The position numbers were made by a program, and so were the translations under genes. Shown here in pieces: positions 28,002 through 29,324 of a stretch of DNA of 29,324 bases; position 1 is the stretch's first letter; the number at the start of each line of letters is the position of its first letter. The notes under the pieces were generated by a model. It saw only the letters and a program-made list of their open reading frames with translations, did no database searches and was not told where the DNA came from. The stretch lies in IMG/VR virus record IMGVR_UViG_3300030330_001467, positions 1 through 29,324 of that record. One strand, written 5' to 3'. This stretch comes from a virus. Its lineage: Duplodnaviria > Caudoviricetes.

Positions 28002-28010
28002 TGCTATATT
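28002..28010 (+). promoter_or_regulatory. Possible extended -10 promoter
   Basis: TG-C-TATATT in an AT-rich intergenic gap before SD GAGG. Confidence 0.3.
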
Positions 28011-28035
28011 ATATTATTGAAATGAGGTCAAATTT

Positions 28036-28824
28036 ATGAGTTTTACTGGCAAATCACCTGCAAATACTTACAAAGATATAACATATGTTGATAATAATAA
28101 TAGTGGTGCTGATTCTACTGCTAGACAAATTAAAACAGGTAATGGTGCTAATACATCTATAAAGGTTTCAGATAGACAACTTCTTGTAACTTCTGCAACT
28201 AATAATGTAGGTGCTATGATGGTTAAAAATGCAGCAGATGCAACAAAGTTTGTTGTTGATACAGCTAATGATCAAGTAAAAGCATTAGGTACTCATGTAA
28301 ATACTCAATATGCTTATTTTGGATTAGATGTGTCAGGTAGTGCAAATTATGTAGCAGATACACATCACCCTATTCCATTCTTTGCAAATAGTTCAGGTGC
28401 AGTATTACAAGACAATATAACATTTGGAACATCAACAGAACCTGCAACATCATTTACAACAGCAGATGGTTCTAGCACAGACTCTGGTTTACTTGTTCCT
28501 TTTTTATGGTATGTTCCTGATAGTATTTCTATAGATAAAGTATTTTCAATAGAAGGTAAAGAATCATCTGCTACTGCAACAACAAGATGTCATTTATATA
28601 GTTATACATTTAACACAGGAAGCACATCAGCATTAACAAGTGGAACTTTATTAGCACATAATAGTGATGTAACTAATGCAGGTAGTGAACAAGCATATTT
28701 ATCAGAATGGACTATTGATAGTGCAAGTGTAGCAGCAGGGAAAGTAATTTTAGCATTTTTTAGAATGGATAGTACAGCAGATGATTATGGTGTATCTATC
28801 ACAGTTAAGTATCATTTAACATAG
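28036..28824 (+). CDS. Virion structural (fibre-like) protein
   Basis: MSFTGKSPANTYKDI N-terminus; S/T/A-rich beta composition; lies among structural genes. Confidence 0.55.
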   Translation: MSFTGKSPANTYKDITYVDNNNSGADSTARQIKTGNGANTSIKVSDRQLLVTSATNNVGAMMVKNAADATKFVVDTANDQVKALGTHVNTQYAYFGLDVSGSANYVADTHHPIPFFANSSGAVLQDNITFGTSTEPATSFTTADGSSTDSGLLVPFLWYVPDSISIDKVFSIEGKESSATATTRCHLYSYTFNTGSTSALTSGTLLAHNSDVTNAGSEQAYLSEWTIDSASVAAGKVILAFFRMDSTADDYGVSITVKYHLT

Positions 28825-28837
28825 GAGAAAAAGATTT

Positions 28838-29324
28838 ATGGCATCAATAACACAAGGTTCAGTAGCAGCTTGGGAATTAATAAACACTACTAAAAAATAT
28901 GGTACACATTCAAATGGTGGTGGAAGTGAGGATACAAGAGGTGGTGGACAACAAGCTAGTGTTCAATTAGTAATTAATGCAGGTAGTGATACTTACTATT
29001 GCCAAACTGCAAAAGCATTTAAAGATAAATTTAATATACAACAAGAAGTAGATGCAGGTACAGTTGCTTCTAATAATTCACAATTTATAAAACTAACATC
29101 ATCTGCTAAAGATCCAGCAGCAGCATCATTTCATAATGCAAAAGCTATTTTAATTAAAAACATAAGTAATGTTACAGCAGAAGTTTATTTAAGATTACAA
29201 GCATGGAAGAACAATGGTGGTGCATCACATACATATGATATTATAGATGCTTCAACTGAATTAGACACTTCAGGAACATCAGGAAATAGATATATTACAT
29301 TTTTATTACCTGCAAATGAGTTTG
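28838..29324 (+). CDS. 5' part of the structural gene continuing at bases 1-1485 (not in ORF track)
   Basis: SD AGGAG, ATG 28838, open to the window end; 117 codons precede the repeat. Confidence 0.85.
   Translation, partial: MASITQGSVAAWELINTTKKYGTHSNGGGSEDTRGGGQQASVQLVINAGSDTYYCQTAKAFKDKFNIQQEVDAGTVASNNSQFIKLTSSAKDPAAASFHNAKAILIKNISNVTAEVYLRLQAWKNNGGASHTYDIIDASTELDTSGTSGNRYITFLLPANEF
29189..29324. repeat. Terminal direct repeat, right copy
   Basis: 135 of 136 bases identical to 1-136. Confidence 0.97.

Noticed and set aside
1-29324. Diversity-generating retroelement, tRNA or integrase
   Set aside because: No reverse transcriptase motif, template/variable repeat pair, cloverleaf or recombinase motifs seen

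Overview
The window looks like a complete, circularly permuted genome of a small AT-rich tailed dsDNA phage with siphovirus-like organisation. Bases 1-136 recur at 29189-29324 with one synonymous mismatch, giving a unit length of 29,188 bp, and one ORF reads through the join. All credible genes are on the + strand. The order is: early/replication block (annealing protein, RHH regulator, PD-(D/E)xK nuclease, C5 methyltransferase, initiator with internal iterons, RusA, amino-methyltransferase), then terminase, portal, MuF-like protein, scaffold and capsid, then a lysis/accessory block (lysozyme, metallophosphoesterase, holin-like proteins, a DUF2589-like pair), then fibre-like genes, neck, tail tube, frameshifted chaperone, tape measure and tail tip. 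I saw no integrase, polymerase, tRNA or CRISPR array. Four observations stand out: (1) I found no CG dinucleotide anywhere in 29 kb, yet the phage encodes a C5 cytosine methyltransferase near a restriction-fold nuclease; (2) the large tail-tip protein ends in a dockerin and is followed by a possible cohesin-like protein; (3) a DUF2589-like pair with a pore-former-like Ser/Thr hairpin sits among the lysis genes; (4) two hairpins have C-rich loops complementary to the phage's own early leader or ribosome-binding sites. Family names come from motif recognition by eye, not from database searches.
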